Positions 61,628 through 64,000 of a DNA stretch of 64,000 nt are shown in pieces (positions within the stretch are counted from its first letter, which is position 1; the number at the start of each line of letters is the position of its first letter). The translations under genes and the position numbers were made by a program. The stretch spans positions 12,152,001 to 12,216,000 of the forward strand of contig NC_135810.1 in NCBI RefSeq assembly GCF_964213995.1, written 5' to 3'. Below the pieces are notes generated by a model, which searched no databases, had not been told where the DNA came from, and saw only the letters and a program-made list of their open reading frames with translations. The stretch comes from Mustelus asterias (lineage: Eukaryota).

Positions 61628-61960
61628 GCTGCATGGTAGCACAGTGGTTAGTACTGCTACCTCACAGCTTCAGGGAGGGACCTGGGTTCGATTCCCGGCT
61701 TGGGTCACTGTCTGTGTGGAGTTTGTACATTCTCCCTTTGTCTGCGTGGGTTTCCTCCAGGTGCTCTGGTTTCCTCCCACACTCCAAAGATGTGCAGCTT
61801 AGGTTGATTGGCTATGCTAAATTGCCCCTTAGTGTCCCAGAATGTGTAGGTTAGAGGGATTCGCCTTGGTAAATGTGTGGGGTTGTGGAGATAGGGCCTG
61901 AGTGGGATTGTTGTCGGTGCAGATTCAATGTGGCGAATGGCCTCCTTCTGCACTGTAGGG
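61628..61960 (+). mobile_element. HE1-like V-SINE in the right arm (inverted duplicate of 61021-61346)
   Basis: Shares flanking satellite sequence and private variants with the left copy. Confidence 0.88.
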
Positions 61961-62476
61961 ATTTCATGAATACCAGGAAAACTTATCCAAAATGGTCCAA
62001 AACTTAAGTGATACGAGTAAAACCTATCCAAAATGGTCTAAGACATAAACGATACAAGTAAAATTTATCCAAAATGGTCTTTAGGGGAAAGAGGTAAACC
62101 CATCCTAAATGGTTTAAAACTTACTTCTTTCCCCTAAGACCATTTTGGATAAATTTTACTTGTATCGTTTATGTCTTAGACCATTTTGGATAGGTTTTAC
62201 TAGTATCGCTTAAGTTTTGGACCATTTTGGATACGTTTTACCAATATGCCTTAAGTTATAGACCATTTCAGGTAAGTTTTACTGGCATCCCTTAAGTTTT
62301 GCTGCCCTCCCTGAGAAGATAATAGACGATAGCCAGAAAAATGTTGTTGAATTGGATCAGCTATGCTCTTATTGAATGGCGGAGCAGGCTCACAGTGTGA
62401 AATGGATGCTGTTAATTCATATTGTTGCATGTATGGCCCCTTTTGACAGCTTATCTCAACAAACAGCATGGCATTA

Positions 62477-63320
62477 TGATGATACCACCGCAGTGGGTTG
62501 GATCTCAAACAACGATGAAACAGAGTACAGAAAGGGAAAGAGAATCTGGTGAAAAAAATGCAACGACAATAATCTCTCCCACAATGTCAATACGATGAAG
62601 GAGATGGTCATCGACTTCAGGAAGCGTAGTGGAGAACAGGCCCCTGTTTACATCAACAGGGATGAAGTAGAAATGGCCAGGAGAGCTTCAAGTTTCTAGG
62701 TGTCCAGATCACCAACAATTTGTCCTGGTCCCTCCGTGCTGATGCCATCATTAAGAAGCCCACCAATGCCTCTACTTTCTCAGAAGGCTTAGGAAATTCG
62801 GCATGTCCACTGTGCCTCTCACCAATTTTTACAGATGCACCACAGAAAGCATCCTTTCCGGATGTATCACAGCTTGGTATGGCTCCTGCTCCAACCAAGA
62901 CCGCAGGAAACCACAAAAGATTTAAACGAAGTCCAGTCCATCACACAAACCAGCCTCCCATCCATTGACTCTGTCTACACTTCCCGCTGCCTCAGAAAAG
63001 CAGCCAGCATAATCAAGAATCCCAGATATACTCCTTTTCACCTTCTTCTGTCGGGAAAAAGATACTAAAGTCTGAGGTCATGTACCAACCGACTCGAGAA
63101 CAGCTTCTTCCCTGCTGCCATCAGACTTTTGAATGGACCTACCTTATATTAAGTTGATCTTTCTCTACATACTAGCTATGACTGTAACACTACATTCTAC
63201 ACTCTCTCCTTTCCTTCAACCCTATCTACTCTATGAATGGTAGGCTTTGTATAGCGCACAAGAAATAATACTTTTCACTGTGTATCATTACATGTGACAA
63301 TAAATCAAATCAAAAAAAGA
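62477..63320 (+). mobile_element. Rex1/Babar-like LINE, 5'-truncated
   Basis: Homologous to 24905-25750; TQTSLPSIDSVYTSRCLRKAASIIK; tail CAATAAATCAAATCAAAAAAA. Confidence 0.82.
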
Positions 63321-63431
63321 GTTCAAATTGGTCAAAAGCCCTAGTATTTTTTTAATTAGTAAGACTGGAGTTCCATTTTAATGTTTACGTGAACATTTCA
63401 ATGCAGAAGTCATTGATAGTGGCAGGACAGA

Positions 63432-63718
63432 TCATAGAATCCCTACAGTGCAGAAGGAGGCCGTTCAACCCATCAAGTCTGCACCGATCACAATCCCACA
63501 TGTTGACCCTGTTAATCCCCTAACACTAGGGTCAATTTAGCATAGCCAATCAACTTAACCCAAGCATCTTTGGATTGTGGGAGGAAACCGGAGCACCCGG
63601 AGGAAACCCACACAGACACATGGAGAACGTGCAAACTCCACACAGGGACCCAAAGCCGGAATTGAACCCAGGTCCCTAGAGCTGTGAGGCAGCAGTGCTA
63701 ACCACTGTGCCGCCATGC
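63432..63718 (-). mobile_element. HE1-like V-SINE, tail A
   Basis: Head, V-domain and CR1-type tail. Confidence 0.85.
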
Positions 63719-63719
63719 A

Positions 63720-64000
63720 GAGTGGTTTAGAAAAGCATAAAGTATTCTAGGCTTTATTAATAGGGGCATGGAGTTCAAGAGCAAGGAGGTTGTATAAGAC
63801 TTTCGTTCAGCCTAAGCTGGAGTATTGTGTCCAGTTCTGGACTGTGCACTTTTTGAAGGATGTGAAGGCACCAGAGTGAGTGCAGAAAAGATTCCAAGGA
63901 TGAGGAACTTCAGTTTATGTAGAGAGATTTGGGAAATGGGATATTTTCCTTGGAGAAGAGTAGATTGAGATACGATTTGACGAAGGTATTCAAAATCCTC
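63720..64000 (+). mobile_element. CR1 LINE fragment continuing beyond the window
   Basis: YKTFVQPKLEYCVQFW-like motif. Confidence 0.7.

Larger units (their letters stand above)
60911..62300. repeat. 41-bp satellite in +/-/+ orientation forming two overlapping palindromes
   Basis: Unit ~TAAGTTTTAGACCATTTTGGATAAGTTTTACCAGTATTCCT; arms 60962-61482/61492-62028 and 61984-62097/62121-62233. Confidence 0.92.

Noticed and set aside
60911-62300. CRISPR-like array or tRNA-gene pair
   Set aside because: The units are contiguous degenerate 41-bp tandem repeats with no unique spacers, the context is eukaryotic, and the tRNA-like parts are SINE heads
60640-64000. PIBF1 coding exon expected from synteny
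   Set aside because: No PIBF1-like peptide was found; only a weak candidate donor (AA|GTAAAT at ~60783) for a non-coding exon, which is not enough to call

Overview
Eukaryotic genomic DNA, most likely a cartilaginous fish (shark), judged from HE1-type V-SINEs, DeuSINEs and CR1/Rex-Babar LINEs. The window holds the conserved vertebrate MZT1(-)/BORA(+)/DIS3(-) block. It contains the first coding exon of MZT1 (4042-4087, -), head-to-head with BORA across a promoter with seven CCAAT boxes. BORA has ten homology-supported coding exons (6357-18725) and two less certain 3' exons (to 28182). DIS3 is complete and intact, with 21 exons (60598 to 33471, 974 aa). Introns and intergenic DNA are rich in degenerate LINEs (CR1, Rex/Babar, L2, RTE, Tx1), tRNA-derived SINEs, Penelope-like remnants, TIR elements and a probable solo LTR. 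Notable structures: (1) a ~1.07 kb near-perfect palindrome with a 9-nt spacer, overlapped by a second palindrome, built from a 41-bp satellite and a duplicated SINE just upstream of DIS3; (2) a ~250-bp TSD-flanked palindromic insert carrying two opposed minimal hammerhead-ribozyme motifs, one intact, between the convergent BORA and DIS3 3' ends, with further hammerhead relics elsewhere; (3) V-SINEs with one head but two different LINE-like tails. Exon coordinates were derived by hand from splice sites, phase and recalled human proteins; repeat boundaries and family names are approximate and were not checked by database search.
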